Shown here in pieces: positions 29,132 to 39,325 of a stretch of 64,000 bases of DNA. The position numbers and the translations under genes are program-made. The first letter of the stretch is position 1. Each line of letters starts with the position of its first letter. Origin of the DNA: a virus; the IMG/VR virus record IMGVR_UViG_3300009159_008491, positions 1 to 64,000 of that record; one strand, written 5' to 3'. Below the pieces are notes generated by a model. That model made no database searches. It was not told the DNA's origin and was given only the letters and a program-made list of their open reading frames with translations.

Positions 29132-30832
29132 TTATGTAGAAGAAGAATTTGTATTTTGAGCATAATCATAAACTACTTTTAAAGCTTTTAGTGCTAAACC
29201 TGCTTCAGCCTTTTTTTCTAATTCTTGAGCTTGTTGTTGTAATAATTTAGCTCTTTCTTGATATCTTTTAAATTTTCTTTGCAATTGATTAGCCTTTCTT
29301 TTGGCTAATGCTTTTGCTATCAGTTTTGTTATTTTTGGAATAACTTTTTTAAGTATAAGGGTTAATAATGTTGAATAAATAGCATTCATTATTATTTTAT
29401 AAAAAGTTGAATTTTTGTCAAATAAACTTCTATTATTTTTTGAATCATCTTTTATACTTGTTAGAAGCCCTAGGGTGTTATCAACAGTTAATAAAGGGAA
29501 ATTTATAGCAAATGGACTTGGTGGTGTTGCTTCATATGTTGCAATCACAGTTGAGCCTGTCGGAGTTGGAAGAGTTGTTGTAAAAGAACCTACGCCAGTA
29601 TTATAATCAACAATACCAGTGTTATTTAAATTACTCAAAAGCGAACCGCTACCGCCATCAACAAAAGTTTCATTATCAAAACTAATTTTCAATGTACCCG
29701 GAGCAATTGTGGTAGAGCCAGTTATTCCGTTTGCAACAAAAATATTACGTGTTGTACCATTAGTTGATCCAACAGTTTCAGTTATTGGTGTATTTGCAGG
29801 TGGTGTAACATTTGATCCTGAAATTGCTGCTGCTTGCTTTTGTAATTCTAAATTTATTTTATCTAAAATTTTTTGTAAAATTGGATATAATACTAATGGT
29901 AAAAGATTAATCATTTTATCCAACATAATCCTAATCCAACTTTTCCTTACCGCAGCTGCATTTTCTTCACTGTTTATTCTTTGCGTTTCATTTTCAACGT
30001 GTCCATTCAAATCAACTAAAACTCCTGCAGGGTTTTGGTAGGCAACTTGTCCTCCGCCTTGTGTTTGTCCTTGTAGGTAAACTTTTATATTATCAGCAAT
30101 TACATCATCTGCACTTTGTAAAATAGATTCTGGTAAATTAATTTTTACATCTTGACATGATACAGTAAATGTCACGATACCTTTTGCAAGTTGTTCTTTT
30201 AGTTGTACTATATTATATTCTATATCTCCATAGGTATTACTAGCCACATTTACTGTTGTAAACATTACATCTTGTAATGCAGCATTGTCTAAATATTGAT
30301 CAGGAGTTAAATCTGTATAGTTTTGAGTTAAATAAAAATTATTACCATAATTATTAGGAGGTAAAGTCAGAGGCTTTATTTTATCTTTTGGTCCGAACAT
30401 TAATTGAATTGCTTTTTTTACAAGAATAGCTTTTAATATTCTCATAGCTACATGTAGTTCAGGTTTTACATTCGCAGTTAGCCATTCTTCGTTGCTCATT
30501 CCTTGTTTAATGCTAATTGGACTACCATCTGCTTTGGTTTTTGAATCAAGGGCTTTAGCTATTGCTTTAATAATTGATGACTCTAATTTCTCTGAATTTT
30601 TATCAAAAAGATCATTAAAAAAAGTCATTATTAAATTATCAATATAACCCACACCTAATATAGCATCTGTTATTTTTGTTAAAAAATCTAATAATGATAT
30701 TTGTTCTGATTTAGGTCTATCAAAAAACTTTTTAAAAGGAATTACAAGCAAATTATTCATTGTTTGTAATTTGCTAAGTGCTTCACTTTGGGCACCTGTT
30801 AAAGGATTTTGTACTGGTACATTAAAAGCCAT
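29132..30832 (-). CDS. Alpha-helical tail-module protein with an inserted beta domain
   Basis: Amphipathic helices; insert ...APGTLKI...GIVDYNTG...GSTVIATY. Confidence 0.55.
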   Translation of the reverse strand: MAFNVPVQNPLTGAQSEALSKLQTMNNLLVIPFKKFFDRPKSEQISLLDFLTKITDAILGVGYIDNLIMTFFNDLFDKNSEKLESSIIKAIAKALDSKTKADGSPISIKQGMSNEEWLTANVKPELHVAMRILKAILVKKAIQLMFGPKDKIKPLTLPPNNYGNNFYLTQNYTDLTPDQYLDNAALQDVMFTTVNVASNTYGDIEYNIVQLKEQLAKGIVTFTVSCQDVKINLPESILQSADDVIADNIKVYLQGQTQGGGQVAYQNPAGVLVDLNGHVENETQRINSEENAAAVRKSWIRIMLDKMINLLPLVLYPILQKILDKINLELQKQAAAISGSNVTPPANTPITETVGSTNGTTRNIFVANGITGSTTIAPGTLKISFDNETFVDGGSGSLLSNLNNTGIVDYNTGVGSFTTTLPTPTGSTVIATYEATPPSPFAINFPLLTVDNTLGLLTSIKDDSKNNRSLFDKNSTFYKIIMNAIYSTLLTLILKKVIPKITKLIAKALAKRKANQLQRKFKRYQERAKLLQQQAQELEKKAEAGLALKALKVVYDYAQNTNSSST

Positions 30833-31176
30833 TATTGAATAGGTTCAGAATTATTTTCAGATGAATTAATCATCTTAAGGATTTCAGATTTAACTTGATC
30901 ATCATTTAACATTGGTTTTCCGGCCCCATTTTCATCTTTATAAACAATGGTTGTAATCATTTTAGTTAAATTCATAAGTGCATCAGTTCTATCTGAAGCA
31001 GTTCTCAAAAAATCTACTAAATATTTTCCTTGAAGAATAAATTGTTCATTATTCTCAATAGTTTCATCTTGTCTCCTAAATCTTTCAAGTGCAAGATTTC
31101 TTTCTTCGTTAATATTGTCTTTTAAATTATTTAAAAGAGATTTGATTCCATCTTCAGAAATTTCAACTTTTCCCAT
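30832..31176 (-). CDS. Hypothetical helical protein
   Basis: 114 aa; TAATG coupling to the next gene; TATTTAT upstream. Confidence 0.6.
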   Translation of the reverse strand: MGKVEISEDGIKSLLNNLKDNINEERNLALERFRRQDETIENNEQFILQGKYLVDFLRTASDRTDALMNLTKMITTIVYKDENGAGKPMLNDDQVKSEILKMINSSENNSEPIQ

Positions 31177-31215
31177 TTTTGTTATTTTTTATAAATATAT
31201 TATAGGAAAAAAAAA

Positions 31216-32100
31216 TCACTTATTTTTATTTAAAAAATTAGTTTTAAAAACTTTGTAAAAAGATTTAAATCTACTTAAAGAGTAAGTAATTTCTTTTGTT
31301 TCTAGTCCAGTTCTTTCTTTTAAAAGATAATAAATGGTATTTTTGTTATATAATTTAAGTAATTCGTGATTTTTAAAAACCCAAACAATTGCTTCTCCTA
31401 CCTTACGATCATTAGGTAACATTTTGGGTTTTTGAATTTCATCTTCTAATTTATTGATTACAGTTTCGAAAATTTTCATGTTAAAATCTTCTTTTTCAAT
31501 TTCCTCGTAATTAATTATATTTTCTGGTCTACCTGATGCTTCTTCTATACTTTCATCAATATCAACATTAGATTTTATGTGTTTATATTGAATTCTCTTT
31601 TCACCCATCAAATAATGTTTGGCGATTGTTCCTAAATAGGAAAATGCTTGAGTTCCATTTTTTGGATTAAATTTATCAATCTTGGTTATTAAAAAAGACA
31701 TACAATCAACTTGAAGTTCTTTAACTTCTACATCTGATCTAAAGAGCTTATAAGTAAAAATTATATTTTCAATCAATTTAATCATTGGTTTATATAAATG
31801 TTTACTATAGATTTTATTCTTCTCATCTATATCTTGAGAATTTATATAATCAACTATAGCCTTTTCTTGTTCAGTAAACCAATATCTTTTTGAGCCTTCA
31901 TATTTTTTATCAAGCTCATTCATTGTTACTAAGTCTTTATAGTATTCCCTTAAAACAGATATATCAGGCGATCCATTTTCAGACTTTAAAATATCAGAAA
32001 AAGCACTTTTAAATAAAGTTTCATGAAGATAAACGTATTCATCTCCTACTGTATCAAATTTTAATTCATCAAGTTTTAATAATTTTTTGTTTTTTTCCAT
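31216..32100 (-). CDS. Divergent phage sigma factor (T4 gp55-like)
   Basis: Region-2-like KLIENII...DCMSFLITKIDKFNPKNGTQAFSYLGTIAKHYL. Confidence 0.65.
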   Translation of the reverse strand: MEKNKKLLKLDELKFDTVGDEYVYLHETLFKSAFSDILKSENGSPDISVLREYYKDLVTMNELDKKYEGSKRYWFTEQEKAIVDYINSQDIDEKNKIYSKHLYKPMIKLIENIIFTYKLFRSDVEVKELQVDCMSFLITKIDKFNPKNGTQAFSYLGTIAKHYLMGEKRIQYKHIKSNVDIDESIEEASGRPENIINYEEIEKEDFNMKIFETVINKLEDEIQKPKMLPNDRKVGEAIVWVFKNHELLKLYNKNTIYYLLKERTGLETKEITYSLSRFKSFYKVFKTNFLNKNK

Positions 32101-32114
32101 AAAATTAGAATGTA

Positions 32115-32142
32115 AAAAAGGGGTTTTTAGACCCCTTTTTCT
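32115..32142 (-). terminator. Intrinsic terminator
   Basis: minus strand AAAAAGGGGT-CTAAAA-ACCCC-TTTTTT after the 32145 gene. Confidence 0.75.
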
Positions 32143-32144
32143 TT

Positions 32145-33086
32145 TTAGGCTGATTGATAGATTTTATTTCTATCATTATCAAAGAAATATTCTTTTTTGG
32201 CTAAATCTGTCCAAAATTTAAATTCCTCTACTTTTAATCCTCCATTTTCAGGAGTTTTTTGCACTAAATCCATAGGTAATTTAGAGCTAAAATAATCGTA
32301 CTTTTCAATGGTTTTATTTATTCTACAATCATACCCCATTCTTGGTATTGTATAAAACTTAAGATCATTGTAAATCATTCTTAATAAGAATTCATAAGAA
32401 TAATTAATTTTCATACTTTCTTTCATTGGCTTATATAAACCATCTTTTTCCTCTGCATACTTAATAATAGATTGTGTTTTAAAGACTGTACCTGCAATAT
32501 TGATACAATTGAATCTTAACATAAGATTTAAATCAAAAATACCGGCAACTTCAGCAAAACCATCAACCCAACAAGCTTCATTCATAAAACCAACAAATCC
32601 CATAGGTGAAATTTGTCTTGAAAGTGGAACAAATGCATCATATTCATTTTTTTCTGTTGAATATAAGTTAAAATATTTAACCCAATTTTTGGTTAAACTA
32701 TCATCCATTTCTAAAACTGTAAACCATTCGTATTTATTGACGTTGGCATAATTTAAAGATTCATTAAAAATTTTAGAAAATGTATCTGATGAAGTTTCCT
32801 CAATAATAAAATTAATTTTATTTTTTGCAGTTAATGTTATTGTTTCTTGCTCTCCTTGTTTTCCTTTTAATCTATCAATCGTAGGGTTATCAATAATTCT
32901 TTTTATTGTATTGATTGATTCATTGTTTAAATTATGGCCCAATATTAATAAATCAACTAATTCATCTTGCTCTCCAAGTGAATAAAGGCATTCATTTAAA
33001 AATTTTTCCTCTATGCTATTATTAAGAGGTAATACAAACAAAATTTTATTATTGTTTGAGCTTTTGTAATTCTTCAATTCTTTCAT
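32145..33086 (-). CDS. GT-A (GT2-like) glycosyltransferase
   Basis: ILFVLPL..CLYSL..FNESL..TVLEMDD..YEFLLR. Confidence 0.65.
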   Translation of the reverse strand: MKELKNYKSSNNNKILFVLPLNNSIEEKFLNECLYSLGEQDELVDLLILGHNLNNESINTIKRIIDNPTIDRLKGKQGEQETITLTAKNKINFIIEETSSDTFSKIFNESLNYANVNKYEWFTVLEMDDSLTKNWVKYFNLYSTEKNEYDAFVPLSRQISPMGFVGFMNEACWVDGFAEVAGIFDLNLMLRFNCINIAGTVFKTQSIIKYAEEKDGLYKPMKESMKINYSYEFLLRMIYNDLKFYTIPRMGYDCRINKTIEKYDYFSSKLPMDLVQKTPENGGLKVEEFKFWTDLAKKEYFFDNDRNKIYQSA

Positions 33087-34242
33087 GTTTATATTCGTTA
33101 AAGTTTTTTAGTAATGAATTTTTTTCTGTTTCAGAAGTATATTTACTTAAAGTAATATCATATTGTTTATGAACTTCTTCTGAATCAAGTTGACCAGTGA
33201 TCATTTTTTCAACAGCAATACCTAATAATTCTGCTAATTGGAATATATCACCATTAGCAGCCCAGAAACCATTATCTGCTGTCATGTATTCTTTTCCACC
33301 AAGTGGTGTCCAGCCTACAACGTGTGTACCACAAGCCATTGCTTCTAAAGGCATTGTTCCAAAACCAGCAATTTCATCAGTGTATAGACAAATAGAAGAT
33401 GAAGCTAATCTCTCAGAAAATTCTTCTTTTGATAAGCCTTTTAGTTCATCAAATCTAATCCATCTAAAATTTGGATAAAATGAATAAAATGTTTTAATTA
33501 CATTGTAAGTTTTTATAACTGCATCTTGAGTTCTTCCCGGCATGAAAGCTATTTTAGGAAATTTATCAGTTATTTTATTTTTCTTAAAAGTTTCTCTATC
33601 TATTTCTTGAGTACAGTTCTTAATTTTTAAACCGGGCATAATTGCATTAATGTATTCAGATATTCCAGAAGAAATACTCATTACATCTTGAATTCCAAAT
33701 TGTTGCCACTTTTGTCCAATTTGCATTGAATTTAAAATATAATACCAGCTTTGTGCTAATATAATTTTTTTACATGCAATTTGAGAAAATTTTTCCATTA
33801 CATTTGGAAAACCTTCTGGAATAATAACAAAATCTTCTGGGTTTATAACTAATTGTTGAGCTTTCATTGTTGTTCCATCATTGAAACGAATATCTCCTTC
33901 CCCTAATGTTATTAATTCAACATCTGCGGCATCTTTTCCAATCCAACTAGTATCAAATTTTTCATGAACTGCAATTTGCTTCTTTTGTTTTTGTGATTCT
34001 TCATAAGAAGCTTTGTTATCAACTCTTGGTTCATAAACAATAAAACTGTTGAATCCATTTTTCTTTAAAATGTTTACTTGTTTAAAAATAACTGAAATAC
34101 CTCCAGAAGCTACATTCATAGGTGGACAGTAATAATAAATTTTAAAATTATTGGACTCTAATTTTGAGATCACATCATTAATTATTTGGTTGTGATCTGG
34201 AGTTCCTTGTGAAATTTCCTTTTCTAATGTTTCTTGTGACAT
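33049..34242 (-). CDS. GT-B (GT4-like) glycosyltransferase
   Basis: SGGISVIF; VIIPEG; AGFGTMPLEAMACG. Confidence 0.75.
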   Translation of the reverse strand: MSQETLEKEISQGTPDHNQIINDVISKLESNNFKIYYYCPPMNVASGGISVIFKQVNILKKNGFNSFIVYEPRVDNKASYEESQKQKKQIAVHEKFDTSWIGKDAADVELITLGEGDIRFNDGTTMKAQQLVINPEDFVIIPEGFPNVMEKFSQIACKKIILAQSWYYILNSMQIGQKWQQFGIQDVMSISSGISEYINAIMPGLKIKNCTQEIDRETFKKNKITDKFPKIAFMPGRTQDAVIKTYNVIKTFYSFYPNFRWIRFDELKGLSKEEFSERLASSSICLYTDEIAGFGTMPLEAMACGTHVVGWTPLGGKEYMTADNGFWAANGDIFQLAELLGIAVEKMITGQLDSEEVHKQYDITLSKYTSETEKNSLLKNFNEYKHERIEELQKLKQ

Positions 34243-34287
34243 ATTTATTTTTTGTTTTAAAAATATTTTTTTATTGTATAAAGTAAA

Positions 34288-34959
34288 TTATAAATTATTT
34301 TCTTTTATTAAATTAATAAAAAATGGATCTTCTATTTCGTTCAATGAATTAAATTCATAATCAGCTTGATCATACTGATTGTAGTCAGCTTTAATTTTCA
34401 AAACTTTTTTATTGTTCGGCTTGGATTCAATTATCTCTGGATTATCAGTTATAATTAAGTCGCAATAATCCCAAATTCTATTTAAATCATTTTCAAAAAT
34501 TATTTTTTTAATTCTACAAGCTGATTTTGCTAAAAAGTGATATGTTGCTTGTATTGCTTGATCTTGCTCTGAAGAAAAAAGAACAATTTCATACTTTTCA
34601 TTTACCTCTCCTATTTTTTGTAATTTATTAGCTTTATCCATCGCTTTTGCTATTGGTGGTGCTGAACCATAAATTTCAAAAACATAATCCAGATTCAAAA
34701 AATTATTATATTCTTCTTTTGACTCAAATATATAATGGTTTTGAAGGTCAAATGTATCTATTGGATATTTTATTTTTTCGTTAATTATATTTTGTATTCT
34801 CACGTCTTCTCCTTCATTTTCATCTTCAGGGACATAACGAAAATATTCATCCATTTTTACTATAGATTCATTCTTGATGAATTTCTTTCTATACATTTTA
34901 TCAAATTGAGTGAATTTATCTCTTAACACTCCGTCTATATTTATTCCTATAATTTTCAT
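34288..34959 (-). CDS. HAD 5'-nucleotidase (NT5C)-like protein with a degenerate motif I
   Basis: IGINIDGVLRD (N where D is expected); CDLIITDNP; YN C-terminal motif. Confidence 0.65.
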   Translation of the reverse strand: MKIIGINIDGVLRDKFTQFDKMYRKKFIKNESIVKMDEYFRYVPEDENEGEDVRIQNIINEKIKYPIDTFDLQNHYIFESKEEYNNFLNLDYVFEIYGSAPPIAKAMDKANKLQKIGEVNEKYEIVLFSSEQDQAIQATYHFLAKSACRIKKIIFENDLNRIWDYCDLIITDNPEIIESKPNNKKVLKIKADYNQYDQADYEFNSLNEIEDPFFINLIKENNL

Positions 34960-34994
34960 AACTTAAAAATATGTTTTTAAAAAAATAAAGTAAA

Positions 34995-35024
34995 TAAAAA
35001 ACCCCTCAAAATATAGAGGGGTTT
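34995..35024 (-). terminator. Intrinsic terminator
   Basis: AAACCCCTC-N8-GAGGGGTTT followed by a T-run on the minus strand. Confidence 0.75.
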
Positions 35025-35048
35025 ATAAAAATATTTTTTTTATATTTT

Positions 35049-35477
35049 TTATAGGACAAATGAAGATTGCGTCTTGTCAACTAAGTTAAAACCAAAAAGT
35101 TTATAATTACTTTGTACAACACCTTCTCTAACTTCTGCTTTACCTTTTGGTATTATAACACAATTTTCTAAGTCTATTTTCTTTGAATAAATTTCTTCAG
35201 ACTTATATCCCTCAGTAAAAAACTTAACTTTTCCATAAAGAGCATTTTCTTTGATATGTAATTTAGTAATAATTCCGCAGACTAAATCTGAATTGGTATA
35301 TTCATATTGTATGTCTTTTGATTTAGAGCCTATTGCATATTCTAAATCATAACCATTTTCATCTAATGAGTTGATCCAGTTTTTAACCAGTTCTTCTGAG
35401 TATCTTCTAAAGTTTTTATTTGGCTCATTAACTTTTAGAATAAAGAATTCTTTTTCTAATATGTTTTTATTTTTCAT
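35049..35477 (-). CDS. Prohead-protease-like protein, apparently non-catalytic
   Basis: NKNFRRYSEE, IITKLHI.ENALYGKV and GVVQSNYKLFGFNLV resemble the T4 gp21 family; no ELxHP or SSRG motif. Confidence 0.45.
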   Translation of the reverse strand: MKNKNILEKEFFILKVNEPNKNFRRYSEELVKNWINSLDENGYDLEYAIGSKSKDIQYEYTNSDLVCGIITKLHIKENALYGKVKFFTEGYKSEEIYSKKIDLENCVIIPKGKAEVREGVVQSNYKLFGFNLVDKTQSSFVL

Positions 35478-35479
35478 TT

Positions 35480-37132
35480 TTAATATAATGTTATTTTGTT
35501 ATAATCAAATCCATAACCAATTTCTGGTTGTTTTCCTGTTATAAATCCCGGTAAATTATTGTTTCCTAATTCTTCTAAAATATATTTATCTGAAGAGGCG
35601 ACAGAAGGAACTTTTAATGCTATAAAATTTGTCCCTTCTTCTACTTTTAGCGAATGCCAATGGCCTTGTACTAAAATAGTAAAACATCCGGGTTCTCCAT
35701 ATAAATTAACCAGTTCACTAGGTTTCTTTTTTGATAAAGAAGAATCTCCATGTTGGACAAATATACAAATGTTTTCTTTTACAATTTTGCAAAGATTATT
35801 TTTTGGTATAAAAAATTTCATTCTATCATTTTCAAGTTCTCTTTTTAGAACATGTGAAATTACTTTTCCAGCAGTTCTACTTTTATCTTGATCTCTTCCA
35901 ACTCCAACACGATCATGATTTCCATGTATTGAATAAAATTCAATTGGACAAGAAGTATTGTTATGGATTTCTGATAATAAAACTTTAAGAGAGTCTACCG
36001 CATAGAAAATTTGTTCTTCTTGAAATAAATCCATTTCAGCTGTATGATTTGGATGCATACCATCTTCAAGAACACTCTCAACTAAATCTCCTAAATTTAC
36101 TAATACAATTTCACTATTGTTTTGTTGATTATATTGCTCAAGAATTTTATTTTTTATTTCTATAATTCTTTCGTGAGCTATATTTTTATTATATCCTCTA
36201 CCATAAATTGGATTATCATACTTTTTTCCATAGTGAATATCTCCAAAAAGACAGATAAGAGGTTTACCTTGATTTTTCTTTATCTTTTTATCTTTTGTTT
36301 CTTTTGGGGAAATAAGAGTATTGCCACTAGAATTTTGAATGTATTTTGATACAACACTTTCAATCCATTCTTCATTATTTTTATATTCAATTATTAATTT
36401 GTGAGCATCTTTTAAGTTTTTCTCAACATATCTTCCACGTTCTTCTTCCAGTTTTTTAAGAATATTATTTTCTTTGTTTCTGAAAATTATATCCATAACT
36501 TCTTCCTCGGATGACTCTTCAATGATGTGAGGAGCCACAGGAATAGATGATTTTGTTATATTAAAAGCTCTTAAAATTCTTTTAAAATCTCTGAAGGTTA
36601 AGTTAGAAAAATGTCTTGATACACTTCTTAAAGTCATTCCGGCACCATCCATATTTGAATATAGACGATAAACCAAATCCATTTCTTCTTTAGTAAAATA
36701 ACCTTCTAAAGGTTTTTCATCTCTAATAAAAATATTATAATGATACGATGTTATTTTTTTATTATCATCTCTTATTATTTCTGAAAAACTACGATCTTCA
36801 TATTTATCATCTTCATATGCATCGTATTCTATTTGATTTTTTTCTTCATCAGTCAAATCCCCATTTTCAATAATAAGCTTTTCTACTACAGATAATTTGT
36901 TTTGTTTTTTATTATGAAATTTATTTGTTTTGATGGTATTATAAAGGTCTAAAATTTCATCAGCTTGTTCTTGAGTTATTTGATTTTTATCAACTCTTTC
37001 ATTTAAATCTTCGCAAAATTTTGACACATAACCCTTTCCTCTTCCGTGTTTTAAACAAGCATCAGGTACTGAAACTTTTTTCTTAATTGAATAATTAAGG
37101 ATTTGTATACAATTCTTGTAATATTGATTCAT
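35480..37132 (-). CDS. Calcineurin-like metallophosphoesterase with a long N-terminal extension
   Basis: GDIHYG, GDLVE, GNHDR, HGD, GHWH motifs. Confidence 0.85.
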   Translation of the reverse strand: MNQYYKNCIQILNYSIKKKVSVPDACLKHGRGKGYVSKFCEDLNERVDKNQITQEQADEILDLYNTIKTNKFHNKKQNKLSVVEKLIIENGDLTDEEKNQIEYDAYEDDKYEDRSFSEIIRDDNKKITSYHYNIFIRDEKPLEGYFTKEEMDLVYRLYSNMDGAGMTLRSVSRHFSNLTFRDFKRILRAFNITKSSIPVAPHIIEESSEEEVMDIIFRNKENNILKKLEEERGRYVEKNLKDAHKLIIEYKNNEEWIESVVSKYIQNSSGNTLISPKETKDKKIKKNQGKPLICLFGDIHYGKKYDNPIYGRGYNKNIAHERIIEIKNKILEQYNQQNNSEIVLVNLGDLVESVLEDGMHPNHTAEMDLFQEEQIFYAVDSLKVLLSEIHNNTSCPIEFYSIHGNHDRVGVGRDQDKSRTAGKVISHVLKRELENDRMKFFIPKNNLCKIVKENICIFVQHGDSSLSKKKPSELVNLYGEPGCFTILVQGHWHSLKVEEGTNFIALKVPSVASSDKYILEELGNNNLPGFITGKQPEIGYGFDYNKITLY

Positions 37133-37188
37133 AAATTTATAATAAGTTTCTGAAAAATAATTAAAATAAATTATAAAAACAAATTTTT

Positions 37189-38172
37189 TTATCTATAAGA
37201 TTTTTTTCCTTGTAAAACATCTAACCAATGATCACACATTTCATGTAAAAGTGTTTCAAAATAATACTCTGGTTCCCAATTTAATATTTTTCTTGCTTTT
37301 GAAGAATCTCCTTTTAAATAAGGTAATTCTTCTGGCCTTAAATATTTTGCATCTTGTTTTATAACAATAGGATCAATATCAAGATAATTACAAACAATGT
37401 TGCACATTTCTCTTACCGTATGTGTTTGCATTGTAGAAATTACAAAATCATCCGGTTCATTATGATTTAACATTAAATGCATTGCTTTCACATAATCTTT
37501 TGAATGTCCCCAATCACGATATGAGTCCATGTTTCCTAAAAATAATTCTTTTTGTAATCCAAGTTTAATTGAACATAATCCTTTTGCAATTTTACTTGAA
37601 ACGAAATTACTACCTCTTCTTGGCGATTCATGATTAAATAGAATTCCATTAGAAATAAATAAGTTATAAGCCCTTCTATAATGCCTAGTGATATTATAAC
37701 CAAAGACCTTGGAACATCCATATGGAGAAACAGGATTCATAATGGTTTTTTCTCTTTGAAATCCATCTTCATCTATGGTTAAACCAAACATCTCAGAAGA
37801 ACTTGCTTGATAAAATTTTGCTTCAGGACAATTTTCTTTATAGGCTTCTAAAACATTTAACACGCCAAGAGCATTTATTTCTACTGTTAAATTTGGAATA
37901 TCACTAGATATTCTCACATGACTTTGTGCAGCTAAATTATAAATTTCATCAGGCTTTATTTTTGACAATAAATTATTTAAAGAATATTGATCAATTAGAT
38001 CGCCATAATGTATATTTATTTTATCTTCTATATGTTCTAATCTATAAGATTGATTTTCAGATACAGAGTGTCTTCTAACTATCCCATGAACCTCGTATCC
38101 TAAATTTAAAAGATGTTCAGAAAGATAACTTCCATCTTGACCTGATATTCCAGTTATAAAAGCTTTTTTCAT
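37189..38172 (-). CDS. gmd: GDP-mannose 4,6-dehydratase
   Basis: FITGISGQDGSYL, YNLAAQSHV, QASSSEMFG, SPYGCSK, GILFNHESPRRG, RDWGH. Confidence 0.96.
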   Translation of the reverse strand: MKKAFITGISGQDGSYLSEHLLNLGYEVHGIVRRHSVSENQSYRLEHIEDKINIHYGDLIDQYSLNNLLSKIKPDEIYNLAAQSHVRISSDIPNLTVEINALGVLNVLEAYKENCPEAKFYQASSSEMFGLTIDEDGFQREKTIMNPVSPYGCSKVFGYNITRHYRRAYNLFISNGILFNHESPRRGSNFVSSKIAKGLCSIKLGLQKELFLGNMDSYRDWGHSKDYVKAMHLMLNHNEPDDFVISTMQTHTVREMCNIVCNYLDIDPIVIKQDAKYLRPEELPYLKGDSSKARKILNWEPEYYFETLLHEMCDHWLDVLQGKKSYR

Positions 38173-38780
38173 ATATTTTTTTTAAAAATTTTCATTTGTG
38201 TTAAATCGGGCCAATCGGTGAATACCCATTGTCTTGGTTTCTTCTCAATCGCTTCAGGTAATTTTTCAATACCCATTTTAGCAGTTTCAGGTGTCATATA
38301 ATAATGGTAACCTACTGATTCAATATTTTGCTCTCTCCAAGGTATGTTAGGAATTCTTCCGTCATAAGACATTTTTTTTAAACTTATTGCAGCAGTTTCA
38401 TCATTTGTTAATATTATACCCCCTCTTCCTAAGTTCAAATGCTTTTGAAATTGAAAACTAATACACATAAAAGTATTCGGTATATAACTATCTTTTTTCC
38501 ATAAAACAGCGGAATCAATTATGTTTTCTGTAACATAATAAAAATTACTCCATTCCTCATCCCTCCAATCTAAATCAATTTTAAGTTTGTGTGATAAAAA
38601 TGGAATTGAAAGATAGGTTCTTTTTGGTGTACTAATTTTTTTTGCTTCTGTATACAATAAACATAATTCTATTCCATGTGTACAACTATCTACAGCAATA
38701 GCGTATTTTGAACCAAAGAATTCAGCAATTTTACTTTCAAATTCAGAAACAACATTAAAATCAACTTTTTTTAATATCAT
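38169..38780 (-). CDS. Short DegT/DnrJ/EryC1/StrS-like PLP protein
   Basis: FESKIAEFFG..AVDSCTHG, IDSA, SFQFQKHL..GGIILT; 203 aa. Confidence 0.8.
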   Translation of the reverse strand: MILKKVDFNVVSEFESKIAEFFGSKYAIAVDSCTHGIELCLLYTEAKKISTPKRTYLSIPFLSHKLKIDLDWRDEEWSNFYYVTENIIDSAVLWKKDSYIPNTFMCISFQFQKHLNLGRGGIILTNDETAAISLKKMSYDGRIPNIPWREQNIESVGYHYYMTPETAKMGIEKLPEAIEKKPRQWVFTDWPDLTQMKIFKKNI

Positions 38781-38784
38781 ATTT

Positions 38785-39324
38785 TCATTTTTTTACACAT
38801 TCAATATTTAAACTTATTAATACACCATTTTCTTTGTCCATATGAGGAATATACGCCTGAGAATGATCATCATAATTAGCATGTTCTGTGTTCCTCCAAT
38901 CATATCTTTCTATTTGATAAAATCCACTTTGTTCTAGTAAGTCAAATAGTGAATTAAAATCATATGTGGTTTTATGGTATATGTTTGAATTTCCCATTGA
39001 CATTTTTCCATAAAGTGGACCTAAAATTTGATTTAAAGAAACAATTTTGTTTAAATATAATTCTGACATTTTTTCAAAATCAGGAACTGCAATTCTTAAT
39101 GTTTTTTCCGGCTTTAAAACTCTTTTCCACTCTTTTAAAATATCTAAAATTTCGACTCTATCAAAATATTCTATAACATGTGATGAGTAAATTAAATCTA
39201 CAGAATCATCATCAAATGGCAATTTTGTAATATCATTATAATCTAAATGATCATAGGTTCCACCATCTATATGAATCCAATCTTTGCCAAAATTTCTCCA
39301 GCCACACCCTAAATGTAATTTCAT
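38785..39324 (-). CDS. SAM-dependent methyltransferase (type 11)
   Basis: KLHLGCG, LPF.DDSVDLIYSSHVIEY, RVLKP..LRIAVPD. Confidence 0.88.
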   Translation of the reverse strand: MKLHLGCGWRNFGKDWIHIDGGTYDHLDYNDITKLPFDDDSVDLIYSSHVIEYFDRVEILDILKEWKRVLKPEKTLRIAVPDFEKMSELYLNKIVSLNQILGPLYGKMSMGNSNIYHKTTYDFNSLFDLLEQSGFYQIERYDWRNTEHANYDDHSQAYIPHMDKENGVLISLNIECVKK

Positions 39325-39325
39325 A

